DNA of 64,000 bases from an uncultured Gammaproteobacteria bacterium (GCA_964649615.1 CAZYPW010000007.1:8734-72733); one strand, 5' to 3'. Numbered from the stretch's first letter, positions 49,985 to 59,919 are shown. A program made the numbers and translations. Notes: generated from the letters alone by a model not told the origin.

Positions 49985-50949
49985 CCCAAAAAATTGATAT
50001 CTCACATAAAACAGTTATCTTCATAGCCATTTTTTTGGTTAGTTTGTGGTTAACATATCTTGTTAAGGATCTTTTAATAATTATTTTTGTGGCAATTATT
50101 TTAATGTCTGCGCTGCACCCCTTAGTAAATTTTTTTACAAAATTTAAAATATATAAAGGATTGGCAATTGGTTTAACTTATATAATCATAATTACTGCCA
50201 TAACAGGCATGGTTTTAGCAATCTCTAAACCTCTAATTGAAGAGAGTAATAAGCTAGCTTCTACTTTTCCAGCAACTGCAAGCCAACTCTTACAAATTTT
50301 AAATATTGATAGGTCAATTGTCCAATCTGAGGTTGGTTCTTTATCCAGAAATCTTTTCTCCTTAACTCTGGCTGTTTTTGATAACTTATTAACAATTATC
50401 TTTTTACTGGTGATTACTTTTTATTTGCTTTTAGAAAAAGACAGTTTAGAAAAAAGAATTGCCTCTTTTTTTGTTAAAAGAGAAGAAAAAACAAGAAAGT
50501 TACTGGTACAGATAGAGGACAAATTAGGAGCTTGGTTAAGAGGCCAGTTATTCTTAAGCCTAATTATTGGGCTTCTTTCCTATATTGGATTGTTAGTTTT
50601 AAATATACCTTATGCCCTGCCTCTATCTTTACTGGCAGCAGTTTTTGAGATTATTCCAGTGATTGGCCCTATTGTTTCAGCCATCCCGGCAGTACTTATT
50701 GCTTTAACCATCTCTCCTATTTTGGCTCTTGGAGTGGTAGCTATGTATTTTATAATTCAACAATTGGAAAATCATTTAATTGTGCCCCAAGTTATGCAAA
50801 GAGCAGTTGGTTTAAATCCTCTGGTGGTAATTTTAGCTATTGCTATAGGCAGCAGAATTTTAGGATTTGCAGGAGCACTTCTGGCAGTGCCTTTGGCAGT
50901 TGTTTTACAGATTGTTGTTGCTGAAATTATCTCCGAGAAGAAATTGTAA
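49981..50949 (+). CDS. AI-2E family transporter
   Basis: WLRGQ, IPVIGP, IQQLENHLIVP, ALLAVP. Confidence 0.93.
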   Translation: MTQKIDISHKTVIFIAIFLVSLWLTYLVKDLLIIIFVAIILMSALHPLVNFFTKFKIYKGLAIGLTYIIIITAITGMVLAISKPLIEESNKLASTFPATASQLLQILNIDRSIVQSEVGSLSRNLFSLTLAVFDNLLTIIFLLVITFYLLLEKDSLEKRIASFFVKREEKTRKLLVQIEDKLGAWLRGQLFLSLIIGLLSYIGLLVLNIPYALPLSLLAAVFEIIPVIGPIVSAIPAVLIALTISPILALGVVAMYFIIQQLENHLIVPQVMQRAVGLNPLVVILAIAIGSRILGFAGALLAVPLAVVLQIVVAEIISEKKL

Positions 50950-50955
50950 ATTGGT

Positions 50956-51326
50956 GCCTAGGAAGCGAGTAAGCCAGATTCTGTTTTAGATGATATTTAT
51001 CTTCAGTGTGATTATTAGTCACTCTGATCCGCCTTATGGCGAGATGCTCCTTACTTTGATTATCAAGCGAGCAGCTTAATCAATTCTAGGATTGCAGCAG
51101 GGAGGATTGCCCTTCGACTCGCTTCGCTCACTCAGGGTTATAACCCTGAGTATTTGAAACTAATCGAAAACCCGTTAGCTTGGTCGTTTCATTCGGCGCA
51201 ACCCGATTCGTCACTGTTGCTCTAAACTTTGTCTTACGACCATCCGCCTTTCGGCGGACACCTTGCTCTATGCTGTCTGGACTTTCCTCTCCGCCAAAGG
51301 CGGAGTAATCATCCTTCTTCCTAGGC
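50956..51326 (-). ncRNA. rnpB: RNase P RNA
   Basis: Minus strand: P1 gcctaggaag/cttcctaggc, GAGGAAAGTCC, AGAGCAACAG, TGAAACG, GGCAATCC..GCAA, AACAGAATCTGGCTTA. Confidence 0.95.
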
Positions 51327-51362
51327 TTATATATTTTACTATATAATAAGTTTAAATTCAAA

Positions 51363-52067
51363 ATGCTGTCCAAAATTCATTCAGCTGCTAATATTGGTTT
51401 AGATGCTACTCTAATCACTGCGGAAGTTGATGTATCTGCTATGGGCCTGCCCGCATTTATAATTGTTGGTTTGGCAGATAGAGCTGTTGAGGAGAGTAAA
51501 GAGAGAGTTAAACTTGCTATAAAAAATAGTGGAGTTGAATTTCCTGACCACAAGATTACAGTAAATTTGGCACCTGCAGATTTGCCAAAAGAAGGACCAA
51601 TATTTGATTTACCAATTGCTTTAGGGATACTTGCTTCATCAGGTCAAATTCTAAGCAATCAAAATTTCAATTTGAAAGAAACCTTAGTAATAGGAGAATT
51701 ATCTTTGGATGGGACACTAAGATATACCCGTGGAATTTTACCAATTAGTTTATTTGCCCAATCTTATGGTTTTAAAAACATTATCGTCCCTTTTGAAAAT
51801 GCCCAAGAGGCAGCTTGTGTGGAAGGATTACAAGTTTTTGCTTTCCACTCTTTACAACAAATAATCAAAGTGTTGTTAGGGCAGGAACCAATAAATCCCA
51901 TTAAAAAAGAAAGCCTAAATTTAGAAGAGGATTTAATATTTGATTATGATTTTTCTCAAATTAAAGGTCAAGAACAAGCCAAGAGAGCTCTGGAAATTGC
52001 TGCTACAGGTGGCCACAATATTTTACTAATGTGGACACAATACCAACAATTGAGTTCAAAATTGTAA
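51363..52067 (+). pseudogene. comM: ComM/YifB Mg-chelatase-like ATPase, 5' fragment interrupted just before Walker A
   Basis: VGLADRAVEESKERV, NLAPADLPKEG, GELSLDG, IKGQEQAKRALEIAATGGHNILLM, then unrelated sequence instead of xGPPGxGK. Confidence 0.92.
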
Positions 52068-52119
52068 AAATGTTGCCTAAAGTTGTCAATCAACATAAGA
52101 TAATCTGGCCTACAATATA

Positions 52120-52245
52120 ATGGACAGACTCAAATATGGCATATTGCTAAGATTCGGTTTGCTTCTGATTATTATAGGAATAGCCTTGGGTGGATTAAAA
52201 GGAATTGAATATATGTTCCAATGGATTATCAGACATATATTCTAA
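52120..52245 (+). CDS. Small single-TM protein (41 aa, not in ORF track)
   Basis: MDRLKYGILLRFGLLLIIIGIALGGLKGIEYMFQWIIRHIF. Confidence 0.45.
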   Translation: MDRLKYGILLRFGLLLIIIGIALGGLKGIEYMFQWIIRHIF

Positions 52246-52301
52246 ATTCTCCTTAAAAATGGCACTTGTAAATTAAAATATCCAGAAGTATAGTTGGGTT
52301 A

Positions 52302-52535
52302 ATGAAGAAGCTAACAGGATTTCTATTCGCAGCTATACTATTTATCTCCTTAGCTCTGATAAGTGTTCCAGAAGCAGAAGCATACCAAAGAGTAAGAGGT
52401 TACACCCGAAGCAATGGCACTTATGTTCAGCCTTACTACCGCAGTTATTCAAACAGTACAAGATGGGACAACTTCTCAACTAGAGGTAACTACAACCCCT
52501 TTACTGGTAGCCGTGGTTATAGAAGCCCTTGGTGA
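52302..52535 (+). CDS. Small secreted basic/aromatic protein
   Basis: Signal peptide ending AEA, then VRGYTRSNGTYVQPYYRS...NFSTRGNYNPFTG. Confidence 0.8.
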   Translation: MKKLTGFLFAAILFISLALISVPEAEAYQRVRGYTRSNGTYVQPYYRSYSNSTRWDNFSTRGNYNPFTGSRGYRSPW

Positions 52536-52554
52536 AGATATGTTCATGTTACAT

Positions 52555-52869
52555 TTACCTTTCAGTAGTTTCACAAACTAAAATAGTCATTCCATCTTTA
52601 ATCTTACAATTCTTCCCACATTCATAATCGTAACCTTCACCACTGGGGTTGTATCTATCAACCATAGAGTCAACCCAGTCTCTACATTCATCAATTGATT
52701 TGTAAATGGGACTCTTAATATCTCTGGTTAAATCTCCAGCATTTGGGTAGTAGAAACCTTGCCATGTATCCGCCTGTCTGAAGAAGAACCACCAAATTAG
52801 TCCTATTATTACTATGACTCCGAAAATTGATCCCTCATGATTTCTTTTCTCCTCTGGAAGGTCATCCAT
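52555..52869 (-). CDS. Membrane-anchored Cys-containing hypothetical protein
   Basis: N-terminal TM, WQGFYYP, DYECGKNC. Confidence 0.75.
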   Translation of the reverse strand: MDDLPEEKRNHEGSIFGVIVIIGLIWWFFFRQADTWQGFYYPNAGDLTRDIKSPIYKSIDECRDWVDSMVDRYNPSGEGYDYECGKNCKIKDGMTILVCETTER

Positions 52870-52878
52870 TACTTCCAG

Positions 52879-53283
52879 TTATAGCCATTGTGCTACTCCT
52901 CCATGATGACTGCATGTCCCCCTCCTGCTTTGACTGTAGCTGTAAGTTCCATCCCTACATTTGGCAGTTGCACCAGCAGGAACATTATTTGCAGGACAGG
53001 GTCTAGCTACCTCTTGACCAAAACTATTGATATAGGTACCACAACCAGCATCAATTACCGGAGGTTTAACCTTTGGGGTTGGGCTTACTACTGGTTTAGC
53101 TGTGGGATTTGGAGTAGGTGTAGGGGTTATGGTTGGAGTTGGAGTATTTGTCGGATTTGGTACTGCTTCTATTTGAGTACCAGCAACTTGGGGATTTGAA
53201 GAACTAAAAATTCCACCTAATACAACTAACCCAATTACTATTCCAACACCAATTAAAATCTTATTCTTCATTTTTCTTACCAA
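52879..53283 (-). CDS. DUF3761-like secreted protein with Pro/Thr linker
   Basis: TM/signal, (PT)n linker, GATAKCRDGTYSYSQSRRGTCSHHGGV. Confidence 0.82.
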   Translation of the reverse strand: MVRKMKNKILIGVGIVIGLVVLGGIFSSSNPQVAGTQIEAVPNPTNTPTPTITPTPTPNPTAKPVVSPTPKVKPPVIDAGCGTYINSFGQEVARPCPANNVPAGATAKCRDGTYSYSQSRRGTCSHHGGVAQWL

Positions 53284-53359
53284 AATTATACACCTGGTAG
53301 ATTACTCCACCAAGTGGAGGATTGAATTTTCACTTGATAAGAGGTATTAGTAAGCTACT

Positions 53360-54508
53360 ACGAAAATACTAATTTTATCTATAAGCATTATTGTAGGTTT
53401 CTATAATCTATTTGGTTTAACCCCTAGTGTCTTTGCTCAACAGGGATGTTGTTCATGGCATGGTGGCATCAGTTATTGCGACTACAGTACTGGAAGATAT
53501 GTGTGTAATGATGGTGAATATAGTCCAACATGTACTTGTAGTGGGTATCAGCCACCTCCTACATGTCCTCTATTTTCCTCTTATGACAGCCTTTCTAGTT
53601 CTTGTAAGTGCAATTATGGTTATGTATCGGATGGTGGTAGATGTATTTCAGAAGATCAATACTGTCAAGACCGCTATGGTTGGAACTCTAGGTATAATAC
53701 TTTAACTGATAATTGTGAATGTTCATATGGTAATGTAGTTGATCCATCTACAAATAGGTGTATCAGTGGCAATCAATATTGTTGGAATAAGTATGGTTAC
53801 AACTCCTCATACCAAAGTTGGGATAAAAGTTGTGCATGTAGTTATGGATATGTATTTAACAGATCAGGTACACAATGTGTATCAAGAGATGCTGCCTGTG
53901 AAGATCAATTTGGATTTGGAAGTGAGTATAGCTCTTTAGAGGATGGCTGTATATGTCAATCTGGCTACAAATTTGAAGGTTCAGAATGTGTATTAGATGT
54001 CCAAACTCCTATATTTGTCCCCCGAAATCCACCACCTTCATTGCCCTCTCCATCGCCTACCTTACCGCCAGTACAAGTACCAAAGACTACACCTCAACCT
54101 ACACCTAAGCCTCAAGTTGCAACTTCTACTCCTTCACCTAAAGCTATCCCACAGTTAAAACCTCCTTACCAACTTGATAGTTCCCTATGGCCAGAGTCCA
54201 TTGAGCAGATTAAAATTCTGCAAACTGCATTAGCCACAGATAAGGATATCTATCCCGAAGGAATTATAAGTGGTAATTATGGTTCTCTAACACAAGCAGC
54301 AGTTAAAAGATTTCAAAGAAAGCATGAATTAGGGGAAACTGGTAGCGTAGATAGCAGTACGATTACCAAGTTTAATGAGGTATTTGGAGAAAAGCCAACT
54401 CCATCAATTTCTAGTAATCAAGAGAATACTGAGCCTAAAAACTGGCAGAGAAAAGTTGTGGATGGTATTTGGAATGTTATTACAGGTGTTTGGAAAGCTA
54501 TCTTTTAA
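53360..54508 (+). CDS. Secreted Cys-rich repeat protein with peptidoglycan-binding domain (signal peptide begins at an ACG codon)
   Basis: In-frame upstream extension (ACG)KILILSISIIVGFYNLFGLTPSVFAQQGCCSWHGG; four CxCxxG(Y/N) repeats; LQTAL...GNYGSLTQAAVKRFQ. Confidence 0.8.
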   Translation, partial: TKILILSISIIVGFYNLFGLTPSVFAQQGCCSWHGGISYCDYSTGRYVCNDGEYSPTCTCSGYQPPPTCPLFSSYDSLSSSCKCNYGYVSDGGRCISEDQYCQDRYGWNSRYNTLTDNCECSYGNVVDPSTNRCISGNQYCWNKYGYNSSYQSWDKSCACSYGYVFNRSGTQCVSRDAACEDQFGFGSEYSSLEDGCICQSGYKFEGSECVLDVQTPIFVPRNPPPSLPSPSPTLPPVQVPKTTPQPTPKPQVATSTPSPKAIPQLKPPYQLDSSLWPESIEQIKILQTALATDKDIYPEGIISGNYGSLTQAAVKRFQRKHELGETGSVDSSTITKFNEVFGEKPTPSISSNQENTEPKNWQRKVVDGIWNVITGVWKAIF

Positions 54509-54524
54509 TGGAAAGGGGGTGAAT

Positions 54525-54887
54525 ATGAATACAACTACAAAATGGATATTTGCAGTTATTGCAGCAGCAGTTATAGGAGGTGGTACAGTAGCATTATTAG
54601 GGAATAGATCATCAACACCTACACCTACTGCTCAACCATCGGGTGTTCAACAGCCAACAGTTACACCTCAAGCATCAGAACCTTCTCAACCCAGCTCAAC
54701 TCCAACACCTACAAAGGTAGGTAATTGTCTGATTAAAGGTAACATTAGTTCTAGTGGTGAGAAGATTTACCACATGCCAGGACAACAGTATTATGACAGG
54801 ACTAAGATTGATTTAAGTGCTGGGGAAAGGATGTTCTGTACAGAGGATGAAGCAGTTGCTGCTGGCTGGCGTAAATCAAAGGTATAG
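54525..54887 (+). CDS. Membrane-anchored protein with nuclease-associated IKGNI...AGWR (Ada-like metal-binding) domain
   Basis: SD-like gaaagggggtg before ATG 54525; CLIKGNISSSGEKIYHMPG...FCTEDEAVAAGWR. Confidence 0.8.
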   Translation: MNTTTKWIFAVIAAAVIGGGTVALLGNRSSTPTPTAQPSGVQQPTVTPQASEPSQPSSTPTPTKVGNCLIKGNISSSGEKIYHMPGQQYYDRTKIDLSAGERMFCTEDEAVAAGWRKSKV

Positions 54888-54890
54888 AAA

Positions 54891-55499
54891 ATGAGATTAA
54901 GAAAGCTAGGTAACATACCCACCTTAATAGTTTTAGTGGCGGTTATATCAGCATTGGCTATGTTGATACTACCACAATCTCCATATAGGATTTTTAATCG
55001 TTATCAAGTTGAACAGCAGCTTAAAAGATTGCAGATAGAGTTGGATGAAACCAGTAAGAAGTTAGAGCAAGCTACATCTAGTGCAACCCCAGTTTTTACC
55101 AAAGAATTTGTCAAAGTAACTAAAGTTATTGATGGAGATACAATAGAGATAGAGGGAGGGTATCATGTCAGGTATATTGGTATTGATACCCCAGAAACAG
55201 TACACCCAAGCAAACCTGTCCAATGTTTTGGTAAAGAAGCTAGTAATAAGAATAAGGAGCTAGTAGAAGGTAAGATAGTTAGATTAGAAAAAGATATAAC
55301 AGAGATTGATCGTTACGGGAGATTGTTACGCTATATTTGGATAGATGATACTTTAGTTAATGAAGTTCTAGTAAAAGAGGGATATGCTAATTCTTATACA
55401 TACCCACCTGATGTAAAGTATCAGGATAGGTTTATCAAAGCCGAAAGAGAAGCAAGGGAAAGTAAAAAGGGATTATGGGCTAGTTGCCCTGTCTCTTAG
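54891..55499 (+). CDS. Thermonuclease (SNase-like), membrane-anchored/secreted
   Basis: [29 protein letters not shown]; N-terminal TM. Confidence 0.95.
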   Translation: MRLRKLGNIPTLIVLVAVISALAMLILPQSPYRIFNRYQVEQQLKRLQIELDETSKKLEQATSSATPVFTKEFVKVTKVIDGDTIEIEGGYHVRYIGIDTPETVHPSKPVQCFGKEASNKNKELVEGKIVRLEKDITEIDRYGRLLRYIWIDDTLVNEVLVKEGYANSYTYPPDVKYQDRFIKAEREARESKKGLWASCPVS

Positions 55500-55503
55500 T
55501 AAC

Positions 55504-55833
55504 ATGGATAAAAATACAGTATTTGTTGTTGGTTTCTGGGTAGTTTTAATAGGAGGGATAATTTGGTGGAATCTTGCTAGCAGTGATTCATCAAAGACAA
55601 AGTCAGTAAAGCAGTACAATACCCCAACCTACGATCTTAATGTTGATGATTCTTATGAGAGATATGATGATCCAGAAACAGAAAGGTCATTCTCATCAGG
55701 AGATTATGACTGTTCAGACTTCTCTACACAAGATGAAGCACAAGAGTTCTTTGAAGATGAGGGTGGCCCAGATGATGACCCTCATAATTTAGATAGAGAT
55801 GGAGATGGGATAGCTTGTGAAACATTACCATGA
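55504..55833 (+). CDS. Excalibur calcium-binding domain protein
   Basis: DYDCSDF...[15 protein letters not shown]; N-terminal TM. Confidence 0.9.
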   Translation: MDKNTVFVVGFWVVLIGGIIWWNLASSDSSKTKSVKQYNTPTYDLNVDDSYERYDDPETERSFSSGDYDCSDFSTQDEAQEFFEDEGGPDDDPHNLDRDGDGIACETLP

Positions 55834-56360
55834 ATGAGAAACTAGCCTTGCTTTTAACTTCAGTACGATCCCATATTACTCTTACAAATATGCTTTTAGT
55901 CACAATTCTAGTGTTAGTCTTTTCTGGATTCTATATTTCAGCTCCTCAATTTAAGAATTTCATTGATAACATTGGTTATTCAACTAAAGCCGAAAGGGTT
56001 GGTACAGCTACTTTCATCTGTACTTATGGGAAGTTAACTAAAGAGGAATATGAAAGTAGAATAGATGAGCTTAATAAGCAAATAGAAGCTGAAAAATTAA
56101 AAGATAAATTACTTAATATGGATTTAATTACATTGAAGGTTGATCTTGAGTCACTACAGAGAGAAAGCTATTTAACTACTAAGAAGGAAGATATTGATGT
56201 AATTAGAACTAGGAAGTTCAGGTTTGGATTCACAACTTATGACTCCTACGGATATGCAGGAGAAATACCAAAGGATGGTATGGATCACAAATGTAAATGC
56301 GAAAAGACTGGAATAGGTGGTCTGTGTGAATGGAAACCTATCAATAAAGTAGATAATTAA
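55830..56360 (+). CDS. Hypothetical membrane-anchored protein
   Basis: 176-aa ORF coupled (ATGA) to the upstream gene; TM and coiled coil. Confidence 0.65.
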   Translation: MNEKLALLLTSVRSHITLTNMLLVTILVLVFSGFYISAPQFKNFIDNIGYSTKAERVGTATFICTYGKLTKEEYESRIDELNKQIEAEKLKDKLLNMDLITLKVDLESLQRESYLTTKKEDIDVIRTRKFRFGFTTYDSYGYAGEIPKDGMDHKCKCEKTGIGGLCEWKPINKVDN

Positions 56361-56878
56361 TGATATCTGTAGATAGCCACATTCTTAATCATACTACCTT
56401 CAAAATCTTTTGAAATTGAGATGATAATATCTTCAATCTCACTATAATCCAATGAATTATGTTGCTTATTACCTAACAGTCTATCTGATAAATGTTCAAA
56501 TATGGATTTCTTAATTTTAGGTAACTTAATACTTCCAATGGCAACTGACTTTGCTTCATATAATTCGGCTAGGATAAAAGCATTCCTCAAGGATTGATGG
56601 AGGCCAATATAATTAGTTCCAACATCTTGTATATGGTCATAAATTGGCATGAAGATAATATTTTTAGTCTGAAGGTTATATCCTTTGACTATAGCTGTAT
56701 TGCCAATTTCACAGTAGCCAATAGCAGAGAGTTCTCTAACTAAATCTTGCCCACCTCTATCTAAAACCTTCCCGACTATACCCTCCTTCTTATAAGTTAA
56801 ATCTGAATCACAAGGTATGATAATAATGTCACCAGTAAAATCACCTATACTGTCTGTGCATATTTGGATATTCATCAA
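56357..56878 (-). CDS. Macro-domain-like protein (degenerate)
   Basis: GDIIIIPCDSDL..GIVGKVLDRGG..IGNTAIVKGYNLQTKNIIF..SLRNAFILA..KSVAI follows the macro-fold pattern. Confidence 0.65.
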   Translation of the reverse strand: MMNIQICTDSIGDFTGDIIIIPCDSDLTYKKEGIVGKVLDRGGQDLVRELSAIGYCEIGNTAIVKGYNLQTKNIIFMPIYDHIQDVGTNYIGLHQSLRNAFILAELYEAKSVAIGSIKLPKIKKSIFEHLSDRLLGNKQHNSLDYSEIEDIIISISKDFEGSMIKNVAIYRYH

Positions 56879-56903
56879 TAGTTATAATTTTTAGAACAAG
56901 AGC

Positions 56904-57392
56904 TTACTTGAATAGCTTCTGAGTAGGACACAATTGTTCTACACAGGAATAATAGAATTGATCTTTATCTTTTGAAATTAAATAATCCCAATTCTCATTT
57001 CTTTTTATCTGTCTGATACCCTCGTAATTACATTTAGGGTCTCTACCTTCTGTAAGATTTCTGTGTAAGCTCCCTGCGAAGTCAGTATTATCACTATATC
57101 CATAAGTTTGTTTGCAGTAAGCATCATCCCTCTGAAATAAAGCTTGCCAATTCTGCTTTGATTCTAAATCATCATGCCTTGACCAAAAGACACAGCCAGC
57201 AATACCTGAGTGGTTAGGATAGGTGGGATATTCTTTTTCAATACATTGTTGCTGATTGAATGTAAAGAAATCCTTATTGAGTTGGAAACCGAGAAGTCTT
57301 AGGATAACTATCCATAGTAGAATGAATAGACTTAGTCCAAATAGAGAATAGACAGTAACTCTTAATACTTTTCCTCTAAAAAACTTATTCAT
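56904..57392 (-). CDS. Hypothetical membrane-anchored Cys-containing protein
   Basis: 162-aa ORF, N-terminal TM. Confidence 0.65.
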   Translation of the reverse strand: MNKFFRGKVLRVTVYSLFGLSLFILLWIVILRLLGFQLNKDFFTFNQQQCIEKEYPTYPNHSGIAGCVFWSRHDDLESKQNWQALFQRDDAYCKQTYGYSDNTDFAGSLHRNLTEGRDPKCNYEGIRQIKRNENWDYLISKDKDQFYYSCVEQLCPTQKLFK

Positions 57393-57435
57393 AATTATAT
57401 TATCTCATTGAAAGTAGTATACATGGAATACTGAA

Positions 57436-57999
57436 TTAGTTTAGGAATCCTTCAATTTTAGATTCAGATGGAAATTGTATTATGCTTAATTTCCCAGTCC
57501 CAAAGGCAATCTTGAGTGAATACTTACGCCCAGTTATATCTTGATAAGTTATCTTAATAGGGATATTATGATTTGCAAACTCTGGGTCAAGGTAAGCTGA
57601 TAGATCCCAGTTCTGCATAAGTTCGTTATTTAAGTAGGTCTCATATATTAAGTCTTTTTCCTCATCCTTTACTAGGATATTAGGATCACTCATACTCAAT
57701 ACATATTTGTAAGTTTTATCTATCTTCTTTCCTTTAATGCGTAGGTAAAAGTTTTCAATTTCAATGTTAAGAGCTGCACCATAGCCAATGTTTCTTATTC
57801 TAAAGACTCTATGTACTCGTCTTTGAGTATCTGTTATTTTCCTTCTGTAAATAACAGGTAGAGGCATCAAGCTTTGCTTAGTTTGCTTGATAGAAGTTCT
57901 CCATATTCCCAAAGTAAAGTATGCATATATTCCAGCCACAATAGCTGTAATTAACAAGAGAGCAGCAGATGCTATAGATGTGAGTTCAATTATTGTCAT
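57436..57999 (-). CDS. Hypothetical protein with N-terminal TM and beta-rich domain
   Basis: TM then IRNIGYGAALNI...ITYQDITGRKY. Confidence 0.7.
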   Translation of the reverse strand: MTIIELTSIASAALLLITAIVAGIYAYFTLGIWRTSIKQTKQSLMPLPVIYRRKITDTQRRVHRVFRIRNIGYGAALNIEIENFYLRIKGKKIDKTYKYVLSMSDPNILVKDEEKDLIYETYLNNELMQNWDLSAYLDPEFANHNIPIKITYQDITGRKYSLKIAFGTGKLSIIQFPSESKIEGFLN

Positions 58000-58412
58000 C
58001 TTATTATTGAATTTGCAGATATTTTAACATTTTAAGTATTAAAACTAATTATCTTGATTTAGAGAGCTAAATTGATATCTTCTTGAAAAGGAAAGCAAAT
58101 GTCTTTCCCTATTGATTCAGTGAGGCTGACTGCTAAACTTAAAACATAACCTAAATATAGATTAGATTGATATATCAATGAAAATGGAACAGTTAAGAAA
58201 AAGAAATTCTAGGAAATCATTAGTTCCTCTTACTCAAATAGAAATTATCAGAAATATCAATAAATCTACACAGAACTCATATAAGTACTTTGGTTTACTC
58301 AATTGGAAAGGAAATTGAATGACAGGTCAAACTACATTAGAAATCTCTTGCAATCTAGGTGAACCTAGCAAAGTATGTTTCTGCAAAATTGCAGACGATG
58401 AAAAGATGAATT

Positions 58413-59072
58413 ATGAAGCCTAAAGAGCAAATATCTCTATTTACATTTTTCCAACCAGAAGAAAAGAAAGAAGAAAAGGCTCATGTAACTAAAAATGGCT
58501 ATGACTTTAGTGAAGTGACCAGTGCTTTGCAGAAGGCAATCAGAGCCTCCGACGAGGAAGCTGCCATTTTTTGGGCATATGAATTATCTGAAAGTAATGC
58601 TTGGCATTATCTTCTTAAAAGATTGTGCGTAATAGCTTCAGAGGATTGTGCTGATCCACAGGCTGGATTGATAGCTGAATCAACCTACATGGCTTGTACG
58701 ATCATGTGGGGTAAAGCCCAAGCTACGAAATCATATTATCAGGTTGATATGAACATGGTGGGAAAAGTAATTCTATATTTGTGCCGAACCCCTAAAAATC
58801 GGATAGTTGATATTTCTACAACTCTAATTTATGAGAAAAGGAAAGCTGGATGGAGATTGGAAGTTCCCGAAATCGCAGTTGACAGTCATACTTCTAAGGG
58901 AAAGAAACTCATTAAAGAGGAAGGGATTGATCCTAATAGGCAGTTTTATGCACAGGGAGCACAGGTTAAAAACAGGGTCAGGATTGATAAAGACCAATAC
59001 TACTGGGATAAGTTGATGGAAATTTATGGCTTGGATGATTTGGTTGGTAAAGAAACAGAGGAAATGAAGTGA
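58413..59072 (+). CDS. MgsA/RarA C-terminal-like protein lacking the AAA+ domain
   Basis: SALQKAIRASDEEAAIFW...KRLCVIASED; no Walker A. Confidence 0.75.
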   Translation: MKPKEQISLFTFFQPEEKKEEKAHVTKNGYDFSEVTSALQKAIRASDEEAAIFWAYELSESNAWHYLLKRLCVIASEDCADPQAGLIAESTYMACTIMWGKAQATKSYYQVDMNMVGKVILYLCRTPKNRIVDISTTLIYEKRKAGWRLEVPEIAVDSHTSKGKKLIKEEGIDPNRQFYAQGAQVKNRVRIDKDQYYWDKLMEIYGLDDLVGKETEEMK

Positions 59073-59282
59073 AAATATGTACAGGCACAGAATTTACTAA
59101 GCAGTTCTATGCGGTATCAGCACAGCAATCTGCAAGAAAAGGATTTCCGCATAGGATAAAGATAATATCTGTAGCTAATGAGTAGACAGGTTCATTTAGC
59201 TTGAATATGTGGTGTATTAAATCTATGCAACAGGTACTTGAAGGAAGGAAATAGCCTTTTTTACCCTTGCAGTACAGGAAAT

Positions 59283-59489
59283 TTAAGAAAGGAGTTCGGC
59301 AGCAGTGCAACCAAATACCTTTGCAATTCTGTTCAATGTCTTAATTGTAGGATTCTTTCTCCTAGCATTCTCAATTTCTATTACAGTCTTTGGGTCAACA
59401 TTTGCCAACCCTGCAAGTTCTTCCTGTGTTAGGCCTTTTTCTTTCCTTAACCTTCTGATTTTATCACCTAGTTTCTTTAGGCTCGCCAT
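59283..59489 (-). CDS. XRE-family HTH regulator (68 aa; start revised to ATG 59489)
   Basis: LGDKIRRLRKEKGLTQEELA...IENARRKNPTIKTLNRIAKVF. Confidence 0.92.
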   Translation of the reverse strand: MASLKKLGDKIRRLRKEKGLTQEELAGLANVDPKTVIEIENARRKNPTIKTLNRIAKVFGCTAAELLS

Positions 59490-59592
59490 TGACAGAATTA
59501 TGGAATATATGCCAGACTTATGACAGGAAATATATTCCAGATTTACGCATGAATTTGAAGCTAAAAGGTAATTTACAAGATTGGAGGATAAT

Positions 59593-59919
59593 ATGAAGCT
59601 AAGAAATAACATACTGGTAATCGGCTCTGTAGTTTTAATTGCTATTGCAGTTGCTTATTACTTCTTAATTTATCTCCCTAAACAACAGGAATTGAGGCTA
59701 CTCCAGGAGGAAACTACTCTTAGGAAACAGACTTATGAGCTTTGCCTAAAAGAAGTTAATAATCTAATTGATGAAAGTGTAAATACTTTAGGTAGAATGT
59801 TTGCAGCTGGCGAAATTACTAAACAGGTGATGGAGGATAGAGTTATGATTCTTCTCTCAAAAAAAGATGAAGTTATTACTAATTGTGTTGAAAAGAGAAT
59901 TCAAGAGTATAGGAAGTGA
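59593..59919 (+). CDS. Hypothetical membrane-anchored protein
   Basis: TM ending YYFLIYLP, helical remainder. Confidence 0.7.
   Translation: MKLRNNILVIGSVVLIAIAVAYYFLIYLPKQQELRLLQEETTLRKQTYELCLKEVNNLIDESVNTLGRMFAAGEITKQVMEDRVMILLSKKDEVITNCVEKRIQEYRK

Noticed and set aside
51128-51373. 81-aa minus-strand ORF
   Set aside because: Lies within the RNase P RNA gene; shadow ORF
58178-58423. Two tiny ORFs (46 and 34 aa) upstream of the RarA-like gene
   Set aside because: No motifs or clear initiation signals; could be chance ORFs in AT-rich DNA
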